Program-made: the position numbers and the translations under genes
From: Girardia tigrina
Lineage: Eukaryota
DNA: 64,000 bases
Assembly (NCBI GenBank): GCA_001938485.1
Contig: MQRK01231162.1
Coordinates: forward strand, 1-64,000
Reading direction: 5' to 3'
Part shown: positions 26,456 through 39,859 of the stretch, in pieces
How the letters are laid out: each line of letters opens with the position of its first letter
Position numbering within the stretch: the first letter of the stretch is position 1
Notes under the pieces: generated by a model
What the model was told of the DNA's origin: nothing
What the model saw: only the letters and a program-made list of their open reading frames with translations
Databases searched by the model: none

Positions 26456-28020
26456 AGGGGCATAGCTAGGAGTAATGAATAGCGCGGGCTGTCGGAATTT
26501 TTGCGGGTGCATTTTGTGACCATTTATTAAAACGTTACTCTGTTTAAAAAATGCTCGAATACAATGCTGATTAAGAATGATTGAAACAAAATTTACAATT
26601 TGATTTATTCAGTTTTTCTCATAATACAAGGTATGATCAGTATAATTGTAATTTCCGGTTTTTCCTTTAGTTAAATCTTTGGAGGAATTTTTCCATATGT
26701 TTTTTCAAACACAACTCGCTGTTCATATATTGCCTGGTCGGATAAACACATAACAAAAGATACGAATTGTGTCATAAGATACCATTAGAAGTATTTAAAA
26801 CGCAATTTCATCTGGAAAGCATCCAAACAAGCTTTATATATTTTTATATATAAAAATATAAAAAAATATAAATATATAAAAATATATATTTGCTATTTTT
26901 TTTCCAAATAGCTCTTAACTACTATGAATTGTTTCTTAGAGGGGGTGATTATTCAAAGGTTTCAATTTAAGGAAGTTCAGGTCATTTATTGATAGTATCG
27001 CCGTCAGTAGTTCATCATTATCAGGAAATCGTCGTTTAATATCACTGCAAACAATTTATATCGTCTCATAATATACTGCTTACAATGACTCACTAGTGTT
27101 TCCACTTTACTACCCTGTTGATTGGGTGATGATGTAATCTCTTAAACTTCAGTTAGTTGACGCTTTTCATTACCACTAAATTGCTCTTCATTTTCTGACA
27201 ACAGCGACTGAGATCATGTATCATTTGAAAATTTTCTGTTTACCTGAGGTTCAATATTGCAGGAAAGGTTGACTTTTTGATTTTCATGGCATCGGTAAGA
27301 CTAGTTTCTCGACTTTGAAGAATTTTGTCTGCGGGTTCAACTAATCCTAATATCCATTTCATCATGATTAAAACAAAACGGAAATTGATATCGCTCAAAA
27401 CCTTGATCAATCCCATAGTGAGAGCTACGTCATTTCCACCGACAATCGTTGAAGGTATTTTGTTTAATGTTCAAATGTCCTTACCATTGATGCTCCATTA
27501 ACCGTGGAACTTTATCACCTTCATAAAGTGTTGTACTTCTAGGATGTAAAAGGAATTCATGTAGCATTGCATATTGGTCGAAATACTGCTTCATAATATG
27601 AACACTGAAAGTAGTTTTTACTTTCACAAGATGAAGGCGGTGATTGAAACAGTGAACGTATGGTATTATTTTAAGTTTTGCCTGTATCTTTGCTTGGATG
27701 CCTCCCAATGATCCACTCATTACACTAGTGCCATTGTAGCATTTTAACAGTTTGTTTTCTTTTCGCGTTGTCTGTGTTAAAGCTGTCAGGGATGGCATCC
27801 AAATTTACAGTATTTTTGATCGAAAGTAAAGATTCCAATGCTTTCTCATCCTTAAAATATCGAATTCCAATCGCTATACTTTCTTGATTGCATGCGTTCT
27901 TTATCCCGTCTTCTAACAAAGTGTACCATGGAACATCAGCTGTGATTATGCCATTCACAATATCTTCTCTGACTAACTCAGCCATCAATCGGATTATATC
28001 ATTTTGTTTTCCGGTGCGTA
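26456..28020 (-). mobile_element. hAT (ZMYM1-like) transposase pseudogene with terminus
   Basis: WYTLLEDG..QESIAIGIRY; CYNGTSVMSGSLGGIQAKI..YVHCFNHRLHL; terminus caggggcatagctagg at 26456. Confidence 0.8.
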
Positions 28021-30824
28021 ATTAAAATCAAGCCTTGTCTAATTATACATGTCCAACGCAAGGTGAATGACGATATACACTTTAAAAAAATTAGATTTTT
28101 ACAAAAATTTCGGTTTTTGTAGTAAAAGATAATTTTTTATTTTACAGGGCATATGTATACGTCAAACGTACTGAACGAGAGCTTCGAATGAACGTGTATC
28201 CATGTCAAACGCATTTAAATAGTTTAAAAAATGAGGAAAAAAATTTATTTCACTAAGAAATTTTAACATTATGAGATACTAGAAAGATATTGGATACTTG
28301 AATCTAAAAACATTTTTTAGACAAATAAGATGAGGGAAATTACATTCCAAATTCTGAAAATGGTCTCACTGGCGCCTCCGGTAGAGATTATATTCAATAG
28401 TAAAAGGTTTAATTTAGGTATTATTAAACTATTTCAATTTCATTCAAGATCTTTTTTCTATATGTTTTTCATGATGAATTTTAAAGATTTATTTTAGGGT
28501 GGGCATAATGATTAAAAAATACAAATACGACAATTTTTTTGTGATTCTTCTTAAAATATTCATAATTATTTGTACATTAAATATACTATACGTATGATGC
28601 AGTAAATGATTTCAGTTACACAAAAGCGGCCAACGACCGCGTTAATCTCAATAAAAATCTTTTCAAAAATAAAAATCTTTTTCATTACAGCAATTTATGA
28701 CTTGTGACATAATAGTTGAACTTGTGAACTTCCAATGTTATTAGAATTATCTGATGAAAATCTTTAAATATTACGAAAATTACTGGCGGTTGCTAGTTGG
28801 ATTGCAGTTTTCAGGAACTTGGTTGTCTTACTTTAAGCGTCTTTTACTGTACATGAAACAACGAAAATATTTCCACCATGAAATATTAATGTGTTTTATT
28901 AGTTATTTTGTTATTAAAATTTATCCAAAGTGTTTCACATTAGTATAATTTTCCAAACTATTAGCATAATTTTTTAAATATTTAAAAAAAGAATATACTT
29001 TTTTTCATTTTAACTTGATAATTTTTCATTTTTATAAAATATAAAGTATTAAAATATAAAGACAAAGAATATTTATTATTATACCGCAACAATTAAACTA
29101 ATAAACATTTCAAAATATATTTTAATCGATATATCGTTATTCAGTCATCGCTCTTGTCATATTCCTCAATATCCGTATCATATAAATACTGCAATCTCCC
29201 TCCAAGAAAACCGTTATATGGTCTTTAAATTTGAAGGTAAGACATGAACGTAAGCAGTAGCAGTTGATTAAAATTAAGAAGCAAAAAATATTTACATTTA
29301 TAAAAAAGTAAATATAAATTTTATAGTAAACATTTTTATATTTTTATTTTAATATTTTNNNNNNNNNNNNNNNNNNNNNNNNNNNNNNNNNNNNNNNNNN
29401 NNNNNNNNNNNNNNNNNNNNNNNNNNNNNNNNNNNNNNNNNNNNNNNNNNNNNNNNNNNNNNNNNNNNNNNNNNNNNNNNNNNNNNNNNNNNNNNNNNNN
29501 NNNNNNNNNNNNNNNNNNNNNNNNNNNNNNNNNAAAATAAAAAATTCTCAAGTTAAAATGAAAAAAATATATTCTTTTTTAAATACTAAAAAAAATCTAA
29601 TGGTTTGGAAAATTATACTAATGACTTGTAAATAGAATAGTTACTCTGTTATTATATTTATCCAAAGTGTTTTTAACTTTGAGTTGTTCATCTTTACATT
29701 GTAATGAGTTGTATAAAAATAATATGTTTAAATGTTATAAATGCATGTATTCTCTTATGCATTTTTAATTTAAAACTACACTAAAAATTAGCAATTCTCA
29801 TCTATATCAATTACCAGAGCTTAAAGTAATCTAAGAAGGTAAAAATACAGTGGTACCAAAACTTTATCACTGTAAGACGAAATTTCGAAGGCTAATATTT
29901 TTATCGGGCAATATACACAAATAAATTAAAGGAACTGTTTATCCTATGTTCTTTGTAAAATCTTTACCAATTACTCTTTGATACTGTCGCATATCAGAAT
30001 ATTCTATTTTCAACATGGCATAGCACAGTACAGTACGGAAATACTTGAATGGATACGTAGCAAATAAATAAATAACAAGTGGATCACATTTTACTATTCT
30101 TGCTATATTGAACAATAAAATAAAAAATAATTACTTTAATTATAAATTAGATTACAATTAGTAAAATAGAAAAAAGGAAATCAGTGATACTTCATAATTA
30201 TTTTAGGTAGCCACTTTTTAAATTTTGATAATTTCATTGAAACTTTAATTATCAGCACAGTCCATTGGAATATTGCCACTTGCCGAATTCGGTCCACGGG
30301 CCAGACTCTGTAAGCCACTAAAATAATGCATCATTCATTTGTACGACACAGCAACTTACAAAGCAAGACTTAAAAAATGTGAAAATACGCAGTCTCAGGT
30401 GTCATTCTCGTTTGTTTCACTGGTTCAAGATTAATCAGTTCACAATGCTTCATTATTCAACAGATCTCAGCGATAGTCTCACATTAAACATATTAAAGCA
30501 CGCACGATAACTTTCTGTTTTGTTGAGTCAATAACATTCTGAAGATATTAAAGTTTAATTTTTTGCTCTGGAATATAGTTTCTCTTAACGAAACCATTTT
30601 TACTCATATAAAACAGGATGTTACTATTCTTTCTTTTATTTCTTCAACATTCAGAAGCGTCAATACAAAAATTCACAATAATACCTTTACAGTGAATAAT
30701 CTTTCTTAACTCAATAAAAAATTTTTATTTGCTTTTAAATACTGCAATAAGTATAATCATACCAAAAAATTTTTTGGTGTACAAGCTTTTATAATTTGTC
30801 ATATGTTTGCGGTTCTGTATCTAT

Positions 30825-31065
30825 TTCACCCACTTCCCACATTTTTTTGACTGAATTATCAAAGTCTACTAGGCGAAAACTCGCATTTAGATGTAGTAAA
30901 TTTCAAAGCCTACTACTCAGGAAAACATGAGAACGACACTTTAATTACTTTTTGCGGCCAAACTAAAGGCGGTATATGAGCAGTGACAGTGAAAAAGTGT
31001 ATTGTCCCCTAGAATACACCAGTCATGAAAGTTTCATGTCGCTAGGTGAACGGGAAGTGGGTGAA
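30825..31065. mobile_element. Candidate MITE
   Basis: 14-bp inverted repeat ttcacccacttccc / gggaagtgggtgaa; no clear TSD. Confidence 0.4.
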
Positions 31066-31619
31066 TTTTCGATCGCAAGATTTGATGCATCCAGACAGAC
31101 AAACAAATTAAACGTAATAAAAGTTTGTAAAAAGGGGAACAATCAATATTTTTCAAATAAATTACAGTCTCTATTTAGTTAATTGAAACATTTTTGATCA
31201 ATATTTTCTAAAATTTGAAAGAAAGCGAGAATCTATTAATAATTAAATATTATTTTAACATTAGAATTTTAAACCGAACCTTATTTAAGACAATGAATCC
31301 TAATGACTTGATTTTCAAGTCGATAGAAATTATTGTCTTAAAATGAACGCGCTTTAAAATTGCTTTTCAGTCAAAAAAGATCGCTCCGGTATTCTAGTGT
31401 TAAAAAATACTCATTTTAATCTCAAAAACGACAATTATCAAGTATTAAAAAAATTAATATCATCAATTTAGATTAAACACTGTAAATTTTTAAACTCGTA
31501 TATTGGAAAGATAAATCGTCATGCCATACTGGAATTGAAGATCCAGGTTCAAGCAAGTAGAAAAAAGTTAAATTTTGGTTTACATGGTGAAATGCGATGT
31601 ATAGGATAGATAATTATTC

Positions 31620-31751
31620 ATATGAAAGAATTGTCAATAATGTTTTATAATATTAACTTAAAGACAAATAATAATAATTAAAAGATCAATCAACCATCAG
31701 TAGGGGAGGTCCACTCTAAAACAACACACAACATTCAAAAGTATTACTCGC
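31620..31751 (-). repeat. LTR family A copy, decayed, head-to-head with the next copy
   Basis: ccatcagtaggggag...caacacacaacattc...tattactcgc is the reverse of the family start. Left boundary approximate. Confidence 0.55.
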
Positions 31752-32160
31752 TGTGAGGAATATTTGGAATGTTGATGTGTTTGAATGTTGTGTGTTGATT
31801 TGGCATTGTGCCTCTCCTACTCAGATGGCAGATTAATATATTTATTTATTTATTTTTAAGTTATTATGATTGTAAATTTTAAATGATTTTATTAATTTTA
31901 TTTTTAAATTTATAGATTTTTAAATCAAATTAATATTTCTAAATGATAAATAGTAATTTTAACTTCAACCAATTGCATTTGTAGTAAATATTTTTAAATG
32001 AATTTATAGGTTCAAGTTAGTTCAGATTTTGGGATGAAAATTATTAAACTTCGATCGATGGATATGAGTGAAAGCACTATTACGAATTCTCATAGACATG
32101 ATCCGAATTGTGATTGTAATAAATGTTGTACCAAATGTGTGAGTTCTCTTAACTCTCACA
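31752..32160 (+). repeat. Solo LTR, family A
   Basis: TGTGAG...CTCACA inverted termini, 409 bp, core ctcctactcagatgg, aataaa near the 3' end. Confidence 0.85.
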
Positions 32161-33074
32161 TCACTAATAAAATCAAATTTAAGAAACTATTTCTATATTA
32201 AATTGGAATTACCTAAATTTTACAATTCAAATTCTTAAAAATAGAATGATGCAAATCCAGGTGTTAGGTATATCTTGTTTAATTTTTAATTAAATTTATA
32301 AATAAATAAATGAAAGTTCTTATTTCATTTTCATTATCCGCTATATTTAGTAAATTATTATTATTATTATTATTTTTCGAAATTGTTTATAAATTCATTC
32401 TGAAGGCCGTTGGTGATTAATCGAGACACTTAATTCACAAATACTTACGTTTGTAAAGGGTGACTCAGTTGAAGAATACGTCGGAACCTTCATTCAAGTG
32501 TTCGTTTTGTGAAATTCACTTAACCACTTGTTTCAGTGTCTTTAAAGCTGAAATATTTTGTAAGTAGAATCTTGAAATATGAGCCTCATAAACGCTTCAC
32601 ATTCGCTGTTTACAAACCAAAGTTTAGTTTTACTAATTTAAATTTGTTTTGGAAAATATAAATAATGGATTTGGCTTTCGTTTTTTGTAAAGATTTTAGA
32701 CTTACATTTTGAATAAATAAACGAAAAACAGTAATAAAATTAAAGAAAAAACAACCATAGAAATTGATCTATCTCATTACCTTCTATGTGAGATCAAAAT
32801 TCTCTCTGGGGATCAACAGGTGATCAGCCGCACGTATTTGGACTTTCATAATCTTCACAAGCTTCTGATCATTCTTCTTATAGGGTTTTTGTTTTCTGTT
32901 TGGTTAATTGTGTTGGTTCAGATTAACTTATAAGATAGTTCGTGCCTGCACAATATATTGTACACTAGCTTAATATGATCATTTCTGTGTTAAAAACACG
33001 TACAAACACATTTCAGCATTATTAAAAAAAATTAATTTAAATTCATATTATACGTCTTTAATGTTTCATAAGTA

Positions 33075-33523
33075 TTAGCAACATCACAATTAGAGTGTAA
33101 ACATTTATTAACAGCACAAACATTTTCCGTAGCAATTTCTGTGGGAAGCGTCATTCTTGATCAATATGTTTTTTGTATCTATATTCAAATCTTAAAATTA
33201 AATAATGGGACAAAATTAATATTAACTTTTAATGTCTTCAAATTTTATTGGATAAAAATGCATTAAGTAATTTTTAAAAAATAAACATTAGCTTTTAAAA
33301 TATATGAATTTCAATAAGTTAAAATCGTTTACTAAAAATATTATTAAAATTTATAATTATAAAACTTTTAATTAATTATTATTTAAAAATTAATCTCATT
33401 AAATTAATTTAATTAGATTTAAATAATTAATCAATAACATATCAATCCCATCTGAGTAGGAGAGTCACAAATCTAAACAGCATACAAACAACAAACTTAC
33501 AACATTCCAAATTTTCCCTCATT
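33075..33523 (-). repeat. LTR family A copy
   Basis: ccatctgagtaggagag...aacattccaaattttccctca; boundaries approximate. Confidence 0.7.
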
Positions 33524-34614
33524 ATAAACATGATGATCCAGCGATTGACGACTTTTTAAGACATAACTGTTAAAAAAGACAATACTTTTGGTACAGCGGA
33601 AATAAGCGCACCAAAAGAAGAAGCACATCTGCGCTGATACGTATACAATACGTATTAAATTGTATGCGTATTATTTCACAAATTTATATATAAATCCAAT
33701 GTATGTCTTTCTATAAACACGTCAAGTTAGGTACAAGTTAATGCATTTAATATTTATTTATTTATATTAATTTATAATATCTGACATTTTAGGAAATTGC
33801 GAAGGTTCAAAAATTTTAATATAAAAGAAATAAATTTTATGAAATTAATTTTTTTGATATTTTTTTCTTTGGTTTTAAGTTAACCGACTACATAAATTGC
33901 TAAAATTTAGACTTCTTTTTATCAGCAAATGTCTGGCCTGCCTAGATAAATAACTTCTACGGAAAATATAACCGAAACTGTACTTTCAGAAAAGAGGATG
34001 TGTTGCGACATTTGTATCAAAACAAATTTCTTTTAATACTTTTAATTACAAAAAAATATAATACTAAATAGAATAAATATTTTCAATTTAATATAAATAA
34101 ATTATTATTACTTTTTTCAAATGCTTTATTAATATTTCTATTTACATAAATATTGCCTGAATTTACGAGTCTTCAACATAAATTTAAGGTATTTAAACTT
34201 GCAAAACAATCTTCTCTTTGATTGTCCTACTTAATATAATATAGACCCATGGGACTGTCAAAGGAAAGGTACAAACGCTAGTGATATCTCAACCGCTTAA
34301 TAGATTCCTAAAAGGGTATCCAAAAGAATAAGACTAGCAAAAAAAATTTTGATTGAAAAGAAGTATCAAATCTAAAAAATAACAAAATATAATTCTGTAA
34401 AATAATATTCAATGTATGGAAAGGTATTTATTATTCATTAAAATGTAAGTATTTAATATTTTAAAGTTTGAATTGTTTTCAGAGACTAATAATAAAAAAT
34501 AATAATCATGCACATATAATTTTGAAAAGACATATGGTGTCCGGCCTGTTCATACCAAGTCCATTCATACCCAGGCCCGTTCACACCAAATTCTTTTCTA
34601 AATGTTTGAATCCT

Positions 34615-34618
<4 letters not shown>

Positions 34619-34646
<28 letters not shown>

Positions 34647-34696
34647 NNNNNNNNNNNNNNNNNNNNNNNNNNNNNNNNNNNNNNNNNNNNNNNNNN

Positions 34697-34740
<44 letters not shown>
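34619..34740. repeat. (TA)n microsatellite spanning a gap
   Basis: TA runs on both sides of the N gap. Confidence 0.9.
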
Positions 34741-34744
<4 letters not shown>

Positions 34745-34949
34745 TTAACTTGGATGAATTATGACAGAGACTAATACTTTAATGGATTCATGTAAAATGA
34801 GTACAAACAACTTTCATGAATTTTTTTCTTTACCTGTTCCGGTAAATGATACGGTGGATAAATTATATGAGATGGCTAATCTTATGCCTGTAAAGTGTAC
34901 ATCCATTAATGAATGAGCTTGTTACTTACGTTGAACATATATATATATT

Positions 34950-35085
34950 CGTGTGCCCAGGCTTCCCAGTCGAGGAGAAAACTATCGTCCAGCATTTTTT
35001 TGCCAGTAACCTGGAATAAACGTGAAAATGCAATTCAATACATTGCAAGAACAAATAATATCTGCGAAGGATGGCAAAGTGCCAA
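34950..35085 (+). mobile_element. MULE-like transposase C-terminal fragment
   Basis: FLPVTWN....ARTNNICEGW matches the Mutator RTNN..EGW catalytic-Glu motif. Confidence 0.6.
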
Positions 35086-35091
35086 GCCTTT

Positions 35092-35882
35092 TCTCCACTC
35101 ACCATTGAGAAGCTGAATGCTGGCATTTTCGATGGCCCACAGATACGCTAGCTCATGAAGGACACAGAGTTCCAAAACTCTATAAACATGCTAGAGTGTG
35201 TCGCGTGGAAATCGTTTGTGCAGGGGTGATCAACTTCCTAGGGAACACGAAGGCAGTAAACCACGCCAGACTCATCAGCAGCATGATAGAGGGCTTCCAA
35301 AAACTCGGTTGTTTGATGAGTATAAAGATCCACTTCCTGTTCTCACACATTGAAAACTTTCCTGAAAACCTTGGAGCGATGAGCGACGAGCAGGGAGAAA
35401 TTTTCCATCAGGACATGCGCCAAATGGAGAAGAGGTATCAGGGAAGGTGGGACGCAGTCATGATGGCGCCTGAAGAGAGACAACTCTGCAGCTGCTCACA
35501 CATGGGAATCGAAGAAACTCCGATTTGCGCCTTGAATTCTGAACTTTTTTGTCACGTAACGTTCATTTTTATAAAAATATTATGTATAATTATGCTTATC
35601 AAATTTGATGGACTAAATAAAAACTGAATGAATTTGGATACGTGGACTTTTATCTCTTGAAGAAAACGGAAAAAATCGTCATGGGTTTCTCAACAATAAT
35701 CATCGCACCCGCAGTAAATGATTTTTTTAAGAAAAAGCGACTTTTTAAAAATTTCTGTTACAAAAAAATCTGACCTGATTGAGCAAAACTAAGGTCATTT
35801 TCGGACTCAAAGCATCAAAATTAGTCTGATTCAGCTGGAAAACCCTGGAAAATTTTCAAAAATTTTTTTTGTTAACCAAAGT
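35092..35882 (+). mobile_element. DNA transposon 3' half, probably Chapaev3-like (CMC)
   Basis: KLNAGIFDGPQIR..NFLGN..LGCLMSIKIHFLFSH..FPENLGAMSDEQGEIFHQDM..MEKRYQGRW; GC-richer than flanks. Superfamily recalled from motif memory. Confidence 0.65.
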
Positions 35883-36189
35883 AATTCATAATAATATTAA
35901 AAATAATATAATAATTTTTTAATAATAATATTAATAATAATATTAAAATATTAATATTAAAAAGTATTGAATTAATTTTCATACAAAAAGTTTTTGTTTT
36001 ATTTAGTTTTTGGAGGGCATAAAAATGTACTCCGCACCGGGTGGCATATACCCTAGTTACGCCGCCGACAAAAACAATCATAAATACTTTTTTTCTCTTT
36101 TCAAAAATTTTCAAATCATTTGGAAATAAAACGAAATCCGGATGAAAATCTTCTTTTAATAACCAAAGTCATCCATTTAAAAATATATT

Positions 36190-36237
36190 TTAAGACAATA
36201 TATTTCGACAGATCTACCGTCATCTTCAGGTCACTAA
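36190..36237 (-). ncRNA. Minimal type I hammerhead ribozyme motif (Penelope pLTR)
   Basis: GAC-CUGAAGA-U-GACGG-uagau-CUGUC-GAAA-UAUA-UU-GUC on the minus strand. Confidence 0.8.
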
Positions 36238-36761
36238 TTAATAATCAATTCACCTGTATATAAATACAAAAATGATGATTATGTAATCGATTGCATGAAA
36301 TCATGCTAATCAAAAATTCTCAATAAGCTGGTTGAGACTGCCGATTGAACATTGATTTTAGGGCAAAGTGACCTTATTAACAATGCTTCACACGACACTC
36401 TCTCCCAATAACTGTCAAAATGCTTACACAGAATTTTGAAATTATCAAAATTAACATCACATTTACATTTTTTCCTATGTTCTGCAATATTACTCTTACT
36501 TTCTTTTCGGCCATGTTCGTGAATTCGTTTACAGAGATGACGGGCAGTCTCTCCAATGTATGTGGCATCGCACCCATTACATTTATATTCATAAACAATA
36601 TCAGAACAAAGTGTTAAAGGTGTAATAGATTTATTACTGAACATATTTTTAATTTTATGAGATCGTGATATAATTTTTAAATTTAATTCATTGTTAGTTG
36701 CTTTTAACAATGCATTTTTAAAGTTTTTAAATCCTTCAGAATAAGGTACAATTAAACAATA

Positions 36762-38066
36762 CAGGGTGTCCCAAAAATATGTATACACATTAAAAATTTA
36801 ATTTTATTGATTAAAAAAGTAAATATAAGTACGAGTAATATTTATTTATATTGGTCACAGTTTGTTCTCAAACTGATGTCCATCTTGATCCAGACACTTC
36901 TGACAACGCGAAGCAATGGAATCGCACACATCAACAAACATTTCCCTTNNNNNNNNNNNNNNNNNNNNNNNNNNNNNNNNNNNNNNNNNNNNNNNNNNNN
37001 NNNNNNNNNNNNNNNNNNNNNNNNNNNTTTAAGTATCCCCATAAGAAAAAATCTAGTGGTGTTAGGTCTGGTGAACGGGGAGGATATTCAACAAAACCTC
37101 TTCGTCCAATCCACCTGTTTGGCAAGAGCTCATCCAGAAAGGAACGAATATTGCGATGGTAATGTGGGGGTGCCCCATCTTGTTGAAAAAAAACTCTTCA
37201 TCTTCAAAGTCAATTCTAATGCTTGGAATAACAAACTGTTGCAGCAAGTTCAAATAAATTGGACCGGTTACTGTAGCGTCAAAAAAGAACGGTCCAATTA
37301 ATNNNNNNNNNNNNNNNNNNNNNNNNNNNNNNNNNNNNNNNNNNNNNNNNNNNNNNNNNNNNNNNNNNNNNNNNNNNNNNNNNNNNNNNNNNNNNNNNNN
37401 NNNNNNNNNNNNNNNNNNNNNNNNNNNNNNNNNNNNNNNNNNNNNNNNNNNNNNNNNNNNNNNNNNNNNNNNNNNNNNNNNNNNNNNNNNNNNNNNNNNN
37501 NNNNNNNNNNNNNNNNNNNNNNNNNNNNNNNNNNNNNNNNNNNNNNNNNNNNNNNNNNNNNNNNNNNNNNNNNNNNNNNNNNNNNNNNNNNNNNNNNNNN
37601 NNNNNNNNNNNNNNNNNNNNNNNNNNNNNNNNNNNNNNNNNNNNNNNNNNNNNNNNNNNNNNNNNNNNNNNNNNNNNNNNNNNNNNNNNNNNNNNNNNNN
37701 NNNNNNNNNNNNNNNNNNNNNNNNNNNNNNNNNNNNNNNNNNNNNNNNNNNNNNNNNNNNNNNNNNNNNNNNNNNNNNNNNNNNNNNNNNNNNNNNNNNN
37801 NNNNNNNNNNNNNNNNNNNNNNNNNNNNNNNNNNNNNNNNNNNNNNNNNNNNNNNNNNNNNNNNNNNNNNNNNNNNNNNNNNNNNNNNNNNNNNNNNNNN
37901 NNNNNNNNNNNNNNNNNNNNNNNNNNNNNNNNNNNNNNNNNNNNNNNNNNNNNNGTTAAAAAAAACTATTTATATTAAATATAATGAAAGTTAAACATAA
38001 ATAAAATTCAATAAAATTCAATAAAATTAAATTTTTAATGTGTATACATATTTTTGGGACACCCTG
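36762..38066 (-). mobile_element. Tc1/mariner DD41D transposon inserted in the Penelope ORF
   Basis: TIR cagggtgtcccaaaaatatgtatacacattaaaaatt at both ends, TA TSD; QQDGAPPH...[17 protein letters not shown] with 41 residues between the two Asp. Confidence 0.92.
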
Positions 38067-38539
38067 TATTTAGGCATATTATTCATATCTAATGATCCTT
38101 CGATTTCTTTCTTAGATCCATCAGGAGAAGCCAAACTCTGATTTTTCGAAAAATCTTTTAAAAGTATTTTATCTACTGTTTCTTTTATTAATTTTTCTAG
38201 AAAAGATTTAGAATAACCATTCTTATTTAACAACGAACTTAGTTTATTAACACTTTCTACAGATTTAACAAATTTAACAATTTTCTCATGTTAAGAACAT
38301 AGGAAAAAATGTAAATGTGATGTTAATTTTGATAATTTCAAAATTCTGTGTAAGCATTTTGACAGTTATTGGGAGATAGTGTCGTGTGAAGCATTGTTAA
38401 TTAGGTCACGTTGCCCTAAAATCAATGTTCAATCGGCAGTCTCAACCAGTTTATTGAGAATTTTTGATTAGCATGATTTCATGCAATCGATTACATAATC
38501 ATCCTTTTTGTATTTATATACAGGTGAATTGATTATTAA

Positions 38540-38587
38540 TTAGTGACCTGAAGATGACGGTAGATCCGTCGAAATATATTGTCATAA
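38540..38587 (+). ncRNA. Minimal type I hammerhead ribozyme motif (inverted pLTR copy)
   Basis: GAC-CUGAAGA-U-GACGG-uagau-CCGUC-GAAA-UAUA-UU-GUC. Confidence 0.82.
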
Positions 38588-39859
38588 AATATATTTTTAA
38601 ATGATGACTTTGGTTATTTGGAAATAACAATGGTTTTTTTATTATTAATTGATACGACTTAAAATATAATCTTGTATTGTTTTTACTGAGTTGCAAAATT
38701 TGTACGTTAGAACACGAAGAAACATTTAACCAAGACGAGCTGCTACAAAAAGCACCAAACTAATACAAGTCAACTTCAACCATCAAACAGTCACAAAATT
38801 ACGCGAGATAGAAGTTGAGTACCCCTTGAAAGCCTTGTATATTTTAATGACAGAAAATCAATTAACATTTGTATTTTTTAAACTTTTCATTCTTAATCTT
38901 AAAATTAAATATTTTCTTTTTTTTCCGTATATTGTTCTTTTGTAAAAAAGAAAAGAAAATTTCTGCATGAATGACTTTTCTCTGCATAAGTAATTATTAT
39001 TTCTCGGAACAAGTACATCCCTGTTTCTACCTAATACGATACAAAAGGTTATCTGGGGAAAAGGTTTGTGACTGACAAAGGAAAGCAGAATAATTAAAGA
39101 TAAAAAACAGAATGATGGGCGTGATTCTGTGCCCTCATGATACATCATTACCTGGCTTGGTATAAATGTCGAGCTTACATCATAATACCCATTGGTATTC
39201 GGAAATGTATTACTTTTAGGAATTTTCAATTGCTTAGGAAGACATATTTTGCATTCCACTCGAACGTCAATTTAGAAAATCTTCATCAAAAGTAACATTA
39301 TGTTCTGTGTTTAGTGTCCGTCCTTCATACAACATGTAATGCAGTATGTTTAAATGACACTGAACAGAAAACTAAGACAAGAAATATTTTTTTAATGAAT
39401 TTTATTTATTAAATTTATGTTTACTAATACTTATTTGATCTGCAAATAAATATATTTAATGTTTTTTTTATTTCCACTTTATTAAAAACCGATACATATT
39501 AGTATCGTTCTTTGGCGACACGTAGACAGTATTGTTGGGTCACAGAGCCTTTTAAATATTTACGTTTATTAAAAATATGTTTTAAAATTCGTATTCGAAT
39601 ACGATATTTTCTACTTTATTTTCTCAGAAGTATAGACCTAAAAAGGAATAATAATTTTGAATTAATTCTCTTAAATTAAAACTTTAAACTGATGATATTA
39701 TGTTGGAACGAAAGTTTTCTCAGTTATGTAAAAAACTGTAAATGAATTTTTTAATTTAATTTTGACTTAATTGGTTATTATATATTATATATTCTTCGTT
39801 GAATTTTGATAAATTCTTCGAATTGTAGTCTTTTCTATAAAAAGTTATTGATTTTAAGA

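Larger units (their letters stand above)
36130..38615 (-). mobile_element. Penelope-like element 1 (5'-truncated; RT thumb plus GIY-YIG endonuclease) with inverted pseudo-LTR
   Basis: LNKNGYSKSF...PKY|CLIVPYSEG...IVYEYKCNGCDATYIGETARHLCKRIHEH...CEALLI...PKIN. 38293-38615 is an inverted copy of about 36160-36483. Flanking 12-bp direct repeat atttggaaataa (36118-36129, 38616-38627). Confidence 0.92.
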
